Virus record (IMG/VR): IMGVR_UViG_3300005573_001035
Location: 32,001 to 96,000 of that record
Reading direction: 5' to 3' (one strand)
DNA: 64,000 nt
Source: a virus
Positions 39,061 to 49,243 of the stretch are shown here, in pieces. Made by a program: the position numbers and the translations under genes. The notes below the pieces were generated by a model that made no database searches, was not told the origin of the DNA, and worked only from the letters and a program-made list of their open reading frames with translations. Every line of letters begins with the position of its first letter. Within the stretch, counting starts at the first letter, position 1.

Positions 39061-40443
39061 TTAGTACCATACTCTTCCAGGAGGTCTAATAACTAAGATC
39101 TTCGCAGCAGAAGAATCCATATTTGATGATGGGTTGCTTGTCATAATGTACAAATCGTAGTTAAAACTAGTAGGAAACAAACCAATATCTCCAGAAACCA
39201 AAGGTCCTGGCAAGTTTGTCTTCGGAAAAAACGTTGGAGAGTACCCAAGTCTTTGAACTGAAATTTGAGACCCACTTAGATCCATCCTTTGGATGCTAGA
39301 TAGCTCGTTCCCAATAATCAAAGCATCATCCCAAATCGTTGTTTGGATACTCCTAGTACTACCGCTAATAACTGGATTGGTCTCAGCATATGAATTTAGT
39401 AGATATATTTGGGGTCGGAACCACAAACTTATAGAATGCGCACCAGAATAACGAGTCATTATAAATCCATAGTCAGCAACCCATCTTGAACCAGAATTAA
39501 ACTCCCTATAAGTTTCCGGCATTCTATAACCACTCCAGGTTATACCATCGAACGTAACATAGTGATAATAGTCAGAAGTCCCAGAACAAACTGAACCTAC
39601 GAAGGCCGCCCCATATGATGGAACAAAGAATATGGGAACAAACTCATAAACGTAAGCGCCACTAAATAGACTAGTCTTAGGAATACCAGAACATCCAGTC
39701 CCACTAAAGATATAGATTTTTGCCACGTTAGTTGCGTGCGTAGAATAAGATCCAAAGATTATTCTATTGTCGCCAAACTTGATACCATTAGCAAGGATTC
39801 TTTCGTTAGCCGTTATACCTAGGTTACCCTTAGTGAGATAGGTCCAAGTTGTACCATCAAAACAAAGAATTTTAGTTGCTGTCGCATCTGTAGCGACCGT
39901 TGCATTATCAGAGACAAAATATAACTTGCCACTTATATCCCCAAGAAACTTAACGCTGTCCGAAGCCCCAATATTTGTTTGGGATCTCGTATAGTACTGA
40001 AATTGGCTTCCATCAAAAACATATAACTTACGTCCATTAGCATCTGTACTTGCGGACGAGTTGTCTGTTATAAAATACAACTTGTTATCATAAACTACCA
40101 AAGGACGAAACCCAGTATCAGCACTTACGCATCCAGGAATATCTGCCTTGGTAATTACCTGGGGAGGAGATCCTTTTCGAGTTAAGAATTCATAGATGGC
40201 CGATAAACTTCCTCTCGTAAATTTAGCCTCGTTTACAAGGTCTCTAACAACGATATCGCCAGACACGATTGTCATTCGACAAGTAGGGTCCAAGTCTCCA
40301 ACATTACTAGACCCAACTAAGATTTTCGTATAAGGATTGACTAAACCAATAGTTGTTTTCCCATCAGAGCTTGCTTGGTCTGGACCCCCCTTCCAGTCAC
40401 ATGCTTTGGTTTTTTCTCTTCCGTTCTTATCGATAATCTTCAT
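39061..40443 (-). CDS. Beta-propeller-like virion protein
   Basis: Repeats YDNKLYF..KLYVFDG and GKLYF..KILCFDG; N-terminus MKIIDKNG is shared with its paralogs. Confidence 0.65.
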   Translation of the reverse strand: MKIIDKNGREKTKACDWKGGPDQASSDGKTTIGLVNPYTKILVGSSNVGDLDPTCRMTIVSGDIVVRDLVNEAKFTRGSLSAIYEFLTRKGSPPQVITKADIPGCVSADTGFRPLVVYDNKLYFITDNSSASTDANGRKLYVFDGSQFQYYTRSQTNIGASDSVKFLGDISGKLYFVSDNATVATDATATKILCFDGTTWTYLTKGNLGITANERILANGIKFGDNRIIFGSYSTHATNVAKIYIFSGTGCSGIPKTSLFSGAYVYEFVPIFFVPSYGAAFVGSVCSGTSDYYHYVTFDGITWSGYRMPETYREFNSGSRWVADYGFIMTRYSGAHSISLWFRPQIYLLNSYAETNPVISGSTRSIQTTIWDDALIIGNELSSIQRMDLSGSQISVQRLGYSPTFFPKTNLPGPLVSGDIGLFPTSFNYDLYIMTSNPSSNMDSSAAKILVIRPPGRVWY

Positions 40444-40471
40444 CGTTTCCTAGAAAGCCCCCCCTAGAATG

Positions 40472-40807
40472 CTAAGAAGCATCTCCCCAACTAGCAACAA
40501 ACTCCAAAGCACTAGTTGGAGTTGATCCTAGTACAACTTCGATGCTTTTCGAAGAAGAGTCCAGAACTATAACCTCATTCACATCTCCAAAAATGAACGT
40601 ATCTCCGCCATCTAGGGTTCCAGACCATATACGTCGGTAACTAGAATTATTATTGACTCGAATTGAAACTGAGATTCCCCCATTTGCTTCAGGATTATAG
40701 ATAGAAAAGTACTTGACTATTCGTCTTCCAGAACTAGGTCCAGATACAATCGTTACTGGGCTTGTAGAACTAATTGTTCCATCATTTCCACCTTCTTGGA
40801 ATGCCAT
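40472..40807 (-). CDS. Small beta-rich putative structural protein
   Basis: 111 aa, SD AAGGAGG, inside the fibre cluster. Confidence 0.6.
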   Translation of the reverse strand: MAFQEGGNDGTISSTSPVTIVSGPSSGRRIVKYFSIYNPEANGGISVSIRVNNNSSYRRIWSGTLDGGDTFIFGDVNEVIVLDSSSKSIEVVLGSTPTSALEFVASWGDAS

Positions 40808-40852
40808 CGCTTGTACTAGACCTCCTTTTTCTCAAGTAAAAAAGATTCTTTC

Positions 40853-43800
40853 TTATAGTCCAAACCAAGATCTTTGGACTGCTTCGGAAACATCTCCTGT
40901 TCCCCCGCCCCCACTAATTGTTACTCGAACTAGGCCACCCCCCACATCTTCCGCAACAACTGCGGTTCCCACAAAGTTTAGCCCCGAGATACTCGCAAGA
41001 ACTAAATTTCCTTCATCATATACCGCTATATCTTGACCTGCTCCACTATAGCCTGAGATTCCCGAGTAGCCACTCACGCCTGAGTAACCAGAATAACCAC
41101 TCGAACCAGGATTATCGCCCGAATAACCTGAGAAACCACTAAAACCCGAGTATCCCGAATAGCCACTTGAACCAGAATACCCACTGAAACCCGAGTATCC
41201 ATTAACACCACTATAACCTGAATAGCCACTAAAACCACTTATTCCTGAGTAGCCAGAGAAACCACTTGTTCCTGAGTAACCAGAATAACCAGAATAACCA
41301 CTCGAACCAGGGTTATCACCCGAGAATCCTGAGTAGCCAGAGAAACCACTTGTTCCTGAGTAGCCAGAGAAACCACTAAAACCCGAATACCCACTAAAAC
41401 CACTCGTACCTGTGGGGCCTTGAGGACCAGAATACCCAGAGAAACCACTCGTACCAGAGTAGCCAGAGAAACCACTTGTTCCTGAGTAGCCAGAATAACC
41501 GCTCGAACCCGGATTATCTCCTGAAAAGCCAGAATAACCACTAAATCCACTCTTCCCAGAGAAACCACTAAAACCAGAATACCCACTAAAACCACTCGTA
41601 CCTGTGGGGCCTTGTGGCCCAGAATACCCAGAGAAACCACTCGTACCAGAATAACCCGAGAAACCACTCACACCTGAGTAACCAGAATAACCGCTTGAAC
41701 CAGGGTTATCACCTGAGAATCCTGAGTACCCCGAAAACCCTGAGTATCCCGAATAGCCACTCGAGCCGGGATTATCGCCCGAGAATCCTGAGTAGCCTGA
41801 GAAACCACTCAAGCCACTGTAACCAGAAAAACCACTCGTACCAGAATACCCAGAAAAACCGCTTACGCCAGAATAGCCACTAAAACCACTCCTACCAGAG
41901 TAACCCGAGAAACCACTCACGCCTGAGTAACCAGAATAACCACTCGAACCAGGGTTATCGCCCGAGAATCCCGAGTAACCACTAAATCCACTCCTACCAG
42001 AGTAACCCGAGAAACCACTCACGCCTGAGTAGCCAGAATAACCACTTATTCCGGCGGGACCTTGAAGACCAGAATAGCCAGAGAAACCGCTTACGCCAGA
42101 ATAGCCACTAAAACCACTTATACCTGAGTATCCCGAATAACCACTCGAACCAGGATTATCGCCCGAGTATCCTGAGTAACCACTAAATCCACTCGTACCA
42201 GAATACCCCGAAAAACCACTTACTCCCGAGTATCCTGAGTAACCACTTATTCCAGCAGGACCCTGAGGACCAGAATACCCGGAGAAACCACTCGTACCTT
42301 CAGGACCTTGTGGGCCAGAGTACCCACTGAATCCACTAAAACCTGAGTAGCCACTAAAGCCGCTTGTTCCTTCAGGACCTTGTGAACCAGAATACCCACT
42401 GAATCCACTTACACCAGAGTAACCAGAGAAACCGCTTGTTCCTTCAGGACCTTGTGGACCGGAATATCCCGAGAACCCACTTACTCCTGAATAACCACTA
42501 AAGCCGCTAGTTCCTTGAGGACCCTGAGGTCCAGAAAAACCTGAGTAGCCAGAGAAACCACTTATTCCAGCGGGACCTTGAGGACCAGAATAACCCGAGA
42601 AACCACTCACTCCTGAGTAACCACTAAAGCCGCTTGTTCCTTCAGGACCTTGTGGACCGGAATATCCCGAGAACCCACTAAAACCTGAGTATCCTGAGTA
42701 ACCACTCGAGCCAGGGCTATCTCCAGAATAACCCGAGAATCCACTAAAACCTGAGTATCCTGAATAGCCACTCGAGCCAGGGCTATCTCCAGAATAACCC
42801 GAGAATCCACTAAAACCTGAGTATCCTGAATAGCCACTCGAGCCAGGCATATCGCCGCTATAGCCCGAGAATCCACTAAAACCAGAATACCCACTAAAAC
42901 CACTTATTCCTTCAGGTCCTTGTGGACCAGAGTAGCCAGAGAAACCACTAAAACCTGAGTAGCCAGAATAACCACTTATTCCAGTGGGACCTTGTGGTCC
43001 AGAATAACCCGAGAATCCACTAAAACCAGAATACCCACTAAAACCACTTATTCCTTCAGGTCCTTGAGAGCCAGAATAACCCGAGAAACCACTCACTCCT
43101 GAGTAGCCACTAAAACCAGAAACACCTTCTAACCCAGAATATCCTGAGAAACCGCTCGTACCAGAATACCCACTAAAACCGCTAGTTCCTGCAGGACCCT
43201 GAGGACCAGAATACCCGGAGAAACCACTTGTGCCCGAATAACCACTAAAACCAGATGTTCCCGAAACGCCTTGAGGTCCAGAATATCCTGAGAAGCCACT
43301 AAAACCAGAATACCCACTAAAACCGCTAGTTCCTGCTGGTCCTTGAGGTCCAGAATATCCTGAGAAGCCACTAAAACCTGAGTATCCTGAGTAACCACTC
43401 GAACCGGGTATATCGCCACTATAACCCGAGAATCCACTAAAACCAGAATACCCACTAAAACCACTAGTTCCTGCTGGTCCTTGAGGTCCAGAATACCCTG
43501 AGAATCCACTAAAACCTGAGTAACCACTCGAGCCAGCAGGGCCCTGGGGTCCTGAGAAACCGCTAGAACCTGAGTAGCCAGAGAAACCACTTATTCCAGC
43601 GGGACCTTGAGGACCAGAGTAACCAGAAAAACCACTAAAACCTGAGTATCCAGAATAACCACTTATTCCAGCGGGACCTTGAGGACCAGAGTAACCAGAA
43701 AAACCACTTGCGCCAGAATAGCCACTTGAGCCAGGAAGATCACCACTAAAACCCGAGTATCCCGAATAGCCACTCCACCCGCTTACTCCAGAATAACCTG

Positions 43801-44350
43801 AGTAACCACTAAGACCAGTTCCAGAATATCCACTAAAACCTGAGTAGCCACTCCACCCACTCACTCCAGAATAACCTGAGTAACCCGAATAGCCACTCCG
43901 CCCACTCGTTCCAGAATAACCCGAGAAACCACTTGGGCCTGCTGGACCTGGAGAACCCGAGTAACCCGAATAGCCACTCCGCCCACTCGTTCCAGAATAA
44001 CCTGAGTATCCAGACCATCCAGATCTACCACTCGTTCCAGAATAACCCGAGTAACCCGAATAGCCACTCCGCCCACTCGTTCCAGAATACCCAGAGAAAC
44101 CACTATAACCTACTGGACCTGGAGAACCCGAGTAACCAGACCATCCAGAGAAACCCATCCTACCACTATAACCACTCACTCCTGAGTAGCCACTAAATCC
44201 AGAGAAACCACTATGACCAGAAACTGCCTTCTTAGTAGAGGGAAAATAACTAGAACTAATAGAATAAGGTAAATCTGGAGCTTTCTCCTCTCCTGCAAAT
44301 CCAGGAGGAGTAGGTAAGGATATAGGAGGTTTAGTTGGGTTGTTTGCCAT
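40853..44350 (-). CDS. Collagen-like fibre protein of Gly-(Phe/Tyr)-Ser triplets
   Basis: About 1,060 aa of G-X-Y (GFS, GYS, GPQ, GPA) with GDxPG interruptions. Short C-terminal domain IAVYDEG..LNFVG. Confidence 0.85.
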   Translation of the reverse strand: MANNPTKPPISLPTPPGFAGEEKAPDLPYSISSSYFPSTKKAVSGHSGFSGFSGYSGVSGYSGRMGFSGWSGYSGSPGPVGYSGFSGYSGTSGRSGYSGYSGYSGTSGRSGWSGYSGYSGTSGRSGYSGYSGSPGPAGPSGFSGYSGTSGRSGYSGYSGYSGVSGWSGYSGFSGYSGTGLSGYSGYSGVSGWSGYSGYSGFSGDLPGSSGYSGASGFSGYSGPQGPAGISGYSGYSGFSGFSGYSGPQGPAGISGFSGYSGSSGFSGPQGPAGSSGYSGFSGFSGYSGPQGPAGTSGFSGYSGFSGFSGYSGDIPGSSGYSGYSGFSGFSGYSGPQGPAGTSGFSGYSGFSGFSGYSGPQGVSGTSGFSGYSGTSGFSGYSGPQGPAGTSGFSGYSGTSGFSGYSGLEGVSGFSGYSGVSGFSGYSGSQGPEGISGFSGYSGFSGFSGYSGPQGPTGISGYSGYSGFSGFSGYSGPQGPEGISGFSGYSGFSGFSGYSGDMPGSSGYSGYSGFSGFSGYSGDSPGSSGYSGYSGFSGFSGYSGDSPGSSGYSGYSGFSGFSGYSGPQGPEGTSGFSGYSGVSGFSGYSGPQGPAGISGFSGYSGFSGPQGPQGTSGFSGYSGVSGFSGYSGPQGPEGTSGFSGYSGVSGFSGYSGSQGPEGTSGFSGYSGFSGFSGYSGPQGPEGTSGFSGYSGPQGPAGISGYSGYSGVSGFSGYSGTSGFSGYSGYSGDNPGSSGYSGYSGISGFSGYSGVSGFSGYSGLQGPAGISGYSGYSGVSGFSGYSGRSGFSGYSGFSGDNPGSSGYSGYSGVSGFSGYSGRSGFSGYSGVSGFSGYSGTSGFSGYSGLSGFSGYSGFSGDNPGSSGYSGYSGFSGYSGFSGDNPGSSGYSGYSGVSGFSGYSGTSGFSGYSGPQGPTGTSGFSGYSGFSGFSGKSGFSGYSGFSGDNPGSSGYSGYSGTSGFSGYSGTSGFSGYSGPQGPTGTSGFSGYSGFSGFSGYSGTSGFSGYSGFSGDNPGSSGYSGYSGYSGTSGFSGYSGISGFSGYSGYSGVNGYSGFSGYSGSSGYSGYSGFSGFSGYSGDNPGSSGYSGYSGVSGYSGISGYSGAGQDIAVYDEGNLVLASISGLNFVGTAVVAEDVGGGLVRVTISGGGGTGDVSEAVQRSWFGL
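41040..44222 (-). repeat. Coding low-complexity 9-nt-period repeat (SG[FY])
   Basis: Recurrent ccactaaaa/ccagaata units with synonymous variation. Confidence 0.9.
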
Positions 44351-44460
44351 ATTCTCTTGTATAAATCTCTCCTTGTTTATTTTAGAAGCTACTAGAACTA
44401 TTCTCGTTATAGAGTTAAGTCAGCAAAAAGAAATAAACACCCCAACAGAAAAAAGCATAC

Positions 44461-44988
44461 CTACTTTACTATCCCAAAAACTACATGTAACCATCCGTCA
44501 TATGGAATCTTATGAAAGAAACATTCTTCAATGAATTTCTGGATTCTGTCTTTTGGTTCTTGCTCGTTGCTATTTGTCGTAGGAATCATAGAATTCATTA
44601 GCAAGAATCCTACTAGACCACCCGTTCTATCTTTACCTCCAGCGCAATGGATCCAAACTTTTTTCTTTGAGCAGATACTCGATTGAGCCACAGAAACAAA
44701 ATGACGAAATCTTTCTAAATCTTCTTCTTTCATAATACCAGTCGAAGAGAAATCATAGCACAAGTGTAAAACTGGCTTGGTTCGAAAAAAGTTAATCTCA
44801 GCCGCCTCAGGACCTCTTCTTTGATCTGGTCGAATGTTCATTGCTAAGACCACATCTGGTTTCATTAACCAGTACATAAGCCTAAGTCTAATGGGACCAA
44901 ATTGTCCACTTCGATATAACTGATCAGATAGAACTACGCCAAAGTTTTTCCATAATCTAGCAAGCAGCCATGAAAAGAATTGAGACAT
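44461..44988 (-). CDS. Protein tyrosine / dual-specificity phosphatase
   Basis: LYRSGQ and the CX5R loop HCAGGKDRTG. Confidence 0.88.
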   Translation of the reverse strand: MSQFFSWLLARLWKNFGVVLSDQLYRSGQFGPIRLRLMYWLMKPDVVLAMNIRPDQRRGPEAAEINFFRTKPVLHLCYDFSSTGIMKEEDLERFRHFVSVAQSSICSKKKVWIHCAGGKDRTGGLVGFLLMNSMIPTTNSNEQEPKDRIQKFIEECFFHKIPYDGWLHVVFGIVK

Positions 44989-45092
44989 ATCTTTGCCTTT
45001 ACTCCTTTTTTATTTGTAGAGAGTTTTGTTCTTTAGACAAAGAGCAAAGCTTCCCCTTCCTCATATATTTCATAGTACATTCAAACTAAGAT

Positions 45093-46238
45093 CTATTCTT
45101 CATACATTCCTGCGTTTTGAATATTCAAAATTAATAGAGGGGAAGAAATAGTTTCCCTATACATTCTATTATTTAGTTCTACAACTTGCTTATTAGAAGA
45201 GTAATCAATATAGAACTCATTAGGACTAACTTGCTTAACTGGGTAAAAGAATCTAGATGGAATCACACCATCAAACCATCTAATTTTTTCGTATATTCTC
45301 ACCCGAATCCTATTTCTAGCATTATATTTTGTTGCTATTCTCCGTAGTGTTCTTAGGTTATCGATGTGTTCAGAAAGCATTTCGTTGCTTAGAAAAGGAA
45401 AATCATTTAAGAGAGTTATTTCTGCGGTTCCGTTGTGTTTGATAATCTCTTCAATTAGCTCTAAGCCCTTAACTACGTCATATCCTTTTTGTAATGTATC
45501 TACTATGGTTTGGGATAAAGCCTCTAGACCAATTAGAAATACATACTGAGAAAGGTCTCTATCTTGAAAAATAGAGACATCTAGATCTGGTCTAATAAAG
45601 AACTCAACAAAGATATTCTCAGGGAGATTCAAACTGGTAAACGCCTTCTCAAGAGTAGGACCAGGAACAGAATCTTGGCATGTAAAAATATAGATCTTGC
45701 TATCTATACTAGAAAGTCTTCCCCCAACATTTGCAAGTTCTGCTAAGACCTCGATAGATCCAGGTCGATTGTATCGAGATACATACTTTGAGTAACAAAA
45801 TAGACAATCTCCATAGTAACAACCATTTGCTATACTAAATGAGAATACTACGTTTTTAATCTTCTCATTTGAAGATAGCATCTTTTTAATGAAATCTTCA
45901 AAGTAGAAACTAAAATTGGATGAGATATCTAAACCAAATGCTCTTTCAAAGGGCCCAGTAATAACTCGACACCTTGTTTCTTGAATAAAATCCATTAAGG
46001 GACCACCAAGAGTAAACTTATCTGTAATTATGCTCTTGACCCTAGCATACTGGCTAGTAAAAAATAGAGATAAGAAGACATTATCCGAATCATTAAATAC
46101 GTAATTAGTATGAAAATTAGATGGAATAAATACATGTAAATAATCATTCTCTTTAAGATAGTCATCGAAAAAGGAGTAGCCATTGAATATTCTTAAAGAA
46201 TTGCCAGATATGCTATACAAAGTGATTGCATAGTTCAT
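45093..46238 (-). CDS. Radical SAM protein (B12-dependent-class-like)
   Basis: LGGP, GCYYGDCLFC (CX4CX2C) and IGLEALSQ..LQKG. Confidence 0.72.
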   Translation of the reverse strand: MNYAITLYSISGNSLRIFNGYSFFDDYLKENDYLHVFIPSNFHTNYVFNDSDNVFLSLFFTSQYARVKSIITDKFTLGGPLMDFIQETRCRVITGPFERAFGLDISSNFSFYFEDFIKKMLSSNEKIKNVVFSFSIANGCYYGDCLFCYSKYVSRYNRPGSIEVLAELANVGGRLSSIDSKIYIFTCQDSVPGPTLEKAFTSLNLPENIFVEFFIRPDLDVSIFQDRDLSQYVFLIGLEALSQTIVDTLQKGYDVVKGLELIEEIIKHNGTAEITLLNDFPFLSNEMLSEHIDNLRTLRRIATKYNARNRIRVRIYEKIRWFDGVIPSRFFYPVKQVSPNEFYIDYSSNKQVVELNNRMYRETISSPLLILNIQNAGMYEE

Positions 46239-46267
46239 TTCTACTTTTTCCCTCTTTCAGAAAAAAG

Positions 46268-46852
46268 CTACATGCTTATAATCTTACAACCAGGATCTTT
46301 GCTTAACTCATCAATGGAATCTAAGTCGTAAAAAAGCTCCCTATCAGATCGATTAAATAGGATAAGATGAACGTCCCCATCAGAATCTTTCATAATAACA
46401 AATTTGTTTTGTTTCAAAATTGTAAGTAAATTAATGATCCACATATTCTTTACTGAGTACTGGGGTATTTCAATACTCAGATCCATACATATGATTATCT
46501 TTCCAGTGCTTTCTTCACATACGTTCTTAATAACAAATCTTACATCACAAAAATCATATGGAATAATTTTACAGAACTCAACAAGATTCGAATTCTTAGC
46601 AAAAGATATACATTCTTCATTCTTTTTATCGATAACAAATACGATGTCTATCCCATGATAAGATTCAATCTCAGTGCTCCGAATCATAGACAATAAGAAC
46701 TCTAAAAAACTATCTTCCGAAACTCCCTCATCTACCAAAATTAGAATAAGAACTTCTTTTTCTTTATTTGGGCTTGATCCAAGGAGATGGAGAAAATTAG
46801 TATACCGAAGATTGAATTCTACCTTGCCACATTTCTTTTTAACAAACTTCAT
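46268..46852 (-). CDS. Degenerate GT-A-like hypothetical protein
   Basis: IVFVID and STGKIIICMD loosely resemble a GT2 core. Confidence 0.4.
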   Translation of the reverse strand: MKFVKKKCGKVEFNLRYTNFLHLLGSSPNKEKEVLILILVDEGVSEDSFLEFLLSMIRSTEIESYHGIDIVFVIDKKNEECISFAKNSNLVEFCKIIPYDFCDVRFVIKNVCEESTGKIIICMDLSIEIPQYSVKNMWIINLLTILKQNKFVIMKDSDGDVHLILFNRSDRELFYDLDSIDELSKDPGCKIISM

Positions 46853-46887
46853 TCTTTCCTCTCAAACTTAGTCTTAAAGAAAAAGAA

Positions 46888-47544
46888 CTAGATCTTAGTC
46901 AAAACAAATTGTATATCCGAAACTACGTTATTATAGTTCTTTTGAGCAAATGCAATTCTATCTCTCGGTTGAATTGATGGAGACCAATCTTCGGTTGTAG
47001 ACAGAAAGAAACTTTCAAGCTTAAAGTAAGGTTTGTTCTCTATACCGTATCTAAGAAGCAAGTCTTTAGAAAACTCGTACCATGGATCACTATCTTCAAT
47101 CTTAATCCATGGTAGAACAGATAGCTCTGAAACAAATCTTTTTACTTTGTAACAAACCGTTTGATTTATACTCGTATAGTAAGTACTTTGAATTAGCAAT
47201 GTCCCACTAGATTTTAGCAAAGTATGTAAATTTTTCATTAAGGTGTGAATATCTGTAACTTGTTCAAACTGGTAGTACAAAAAAATCTTATCAAACTCAA
47301 CGCGTTGAAATAAAAGACTATCTAGATCCTCTGGATCATGATAAGCATAGAATGTAGACTTATTGTCCTCAGGCGGCAGGCCCACCTTGCAATATGATTC
47401 TGGAAGAATAAGAACTAGCTCTTTGTAAGATTCAAGATCGTGGAAAGGTTTCTTTCCTGGTTTCGACCTGCTAGTTTCATTACTACTAGTTAGATTCGTT
47501 ACTTTAGGCTCTTTGAGTTTTTCTTCCATCTTAATTTCCCCCAA
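46888..47544 (-). CDS. Degenerate class I methyltransferase-like protein
   Basis: FDKIFLYYQFEQV..MKNLHTLLKSSG resembles the C-terminal half of a methyltransferase, but no glycine-rich motif I is visible. Confidence 0.5.
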   Translation of the reverse strand: MGEIKMEEKLKEPKVTNLTSSNETSRSKPGKKPFHDLESYKELVLILPESYCKVGLPPEDNKSTFYAYHDPEDLDSLLFQRVEFDKIFLYYQFEQVTDIHTLMKNLHTLLKSSGTLLIQSTYYTSINQTVCYKVKRFVSELSVLPWIKIEDSDPWYEFSKDLLLRYGIENKPYFKLESFFLSTTEDWSPSIQPRDRIAFAQKNYNNVVSDIQFVLTKI

Positions 47545-47568
47545 CTTTCTCTTCTTTGTACATGTTTT

Positions 47569-48438
47569 CTAGAATACCTCTCCTGTGAATATATTCAAAT
47601 GGCCAAGTACAATCCCAGTATGAACCGCCAGTTTGTAACCATTTTCAACAGCTTTCTTCATAAAGAATAAATCTTGAGTTGAGTAGGCAATCGTTCCAAC
47701 TTCGGTAATTTCATTCTGAGTCTTAAACCATTTACCATCTGTTTTAAGCCTAGGATCTTCGAAAAGAGTTCTCTTCATTAGAGTGAACCCCATTCCCATA
47801 CCATTACACTCAACAATGTCTCCTGGTTTCCAGTCCGTTCTTGGGGAAAAGTTATCTTCACCTGGAGTTCCCAAGATAAGAGGAGTAGGAGGAATTCCTT
47901 TTGTATGGTACAAGCCCCCAACAATATCATACTTATCGGTTAATTTCACAAGCTCTAAGAATGGGCCCTGTGTATTGGGCATAGATGGAATCAGTATATC
48001 ATCTTCAACAAACAAAAAGAATGGTATATTATCAAATGCTTTATTTCTTAAGATCTCCTCAATTACTACATTGTATGCATCTGCGACTTCGAAACCCACA
48101 GCAAACATTCTGAAAAAAGGATGGTTCAAAGGCTTTATAATCCTATCCCAAGAATCAACTACCATGGGATGGATTCCAGTTACGATAGTCGTTTCAACTT
48201 GCTCAACCTTACCGCAATTCTTACAAACAATATTCTTTCTCTTTACATACTTGCCCCTAGTAGCTACTATCATTATACAGCCTAGATTCTTAAAAGAATT
48301 CCCAAATAGAAACTTAGATCGTTTATCTTTTACGGAAGAATCTGAAACTAGATTTTCTATAGTGGTAATGGGGGCATTGGTAACTTTTTTCGGAATTCTC
48401 TTCTTAGATTGTCTCTTCATTTTCTGATTCTCGTCCAT
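47569..48438 (-). CDS. GT-A fold glycosyltransferase-like protein
   Basis: FLFVEDD, DIVGGLY, GMGFTLMKR, QDLFF and LGH; CKNC insert. Confidence 0.75.
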   Translation of the reverse strand: MDENQKMKRQSKKRIPKKVTNAPITTIENLVSDSSVKDKRSKFLFGNSFKNLGCIMIVATRGKYVKRKNIVCKNCGKVEQVETTIVTGIHPMVVDSWDRIIKPLNHPFFRMFAVGFEVADAYNVVIEEILRNKAFDNIPFFLFVEDDILIPSMPNTQGPFLELVKLTDKYDIVGGLYHTKGIPPTPLILGTPGEDNFSPRTDWKPGDIVECNGMGMGFTLMKRTLFEDPRLKTDGKWFKTQNEITEVGTIAYSTQDLFFMKKAVENGYKLAVHTGIVLGHLNIFTGEVF

Positions 48439-49243
48439 CTTTCTTTCCTACCTCCTAGATCCAAGTATATCTCGTGGTGGTTTCTATACATCTTTCCAAG
48501 AAATCGGCTTAGAGATTCCTATGCATTTTTCAGAAGATCTCCCCCTTGCCATTGAACAAATTGTCTAAAGCTAGAAACGAGAATCAATTTCTCTGTAATA
48601 AGAAGAATCTCGTCTGTCTAATCGACATATATAAACTAGTCCAGCCTCCAACAAAGCTGGATTCATTATACGATGTTTAAGAATAAGACAAAAAAATCAT
48701 CAAAATCTTTCATAAAACCACAGTTTTCTTAGTTGTATATCTAAGAAAGCTAACTTTGAGTAAGAACTAATAGGAGTAACCAGGTAGGGAGTTTTCTCAA
48801 CAGATAGTTCTTGGATGCTTCTTACCTTAAAGAATGATAGTTTCTTAAGAGTGTCGCTTTCAATCCAAGAAATAGGCTGGTCTTCAGAGTTTACTCGTAT
48901 TTTGTTCAAGAATCTAAGGACCAAGTAATCTAATAGGTCTGATCTTTTGGTCTCAAACTTTTCCCTACAAAGTAACGAATCGAAGATTCATTCACAATAT
49001 AACAATCTATAGAAAGTAAAGAATCTGAGTAATAAACTCACAATGTACCACGTCTTTGTATTCTCACCGATTAGAATTTGTTGCCAAAGATCATTAATTT
49101 CAAACCAATCAGAATATAACTCGTTTTGAATGGTGGATGGTAGAAAACTATCTCTTATATACTCAGTAATGTAGTACTACCAACCTGGAAAGGTTCAAAC
49201 ATTATTCTTGGCTCTTTCTTTTTTATGATACTAGCAAAACTAG

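Noticed and set aside
47783-48427. 214-aa plus-strand ORF
   Set aside because: It is the codon-register antisense of a clear GT-A gene and has no recognisable features.
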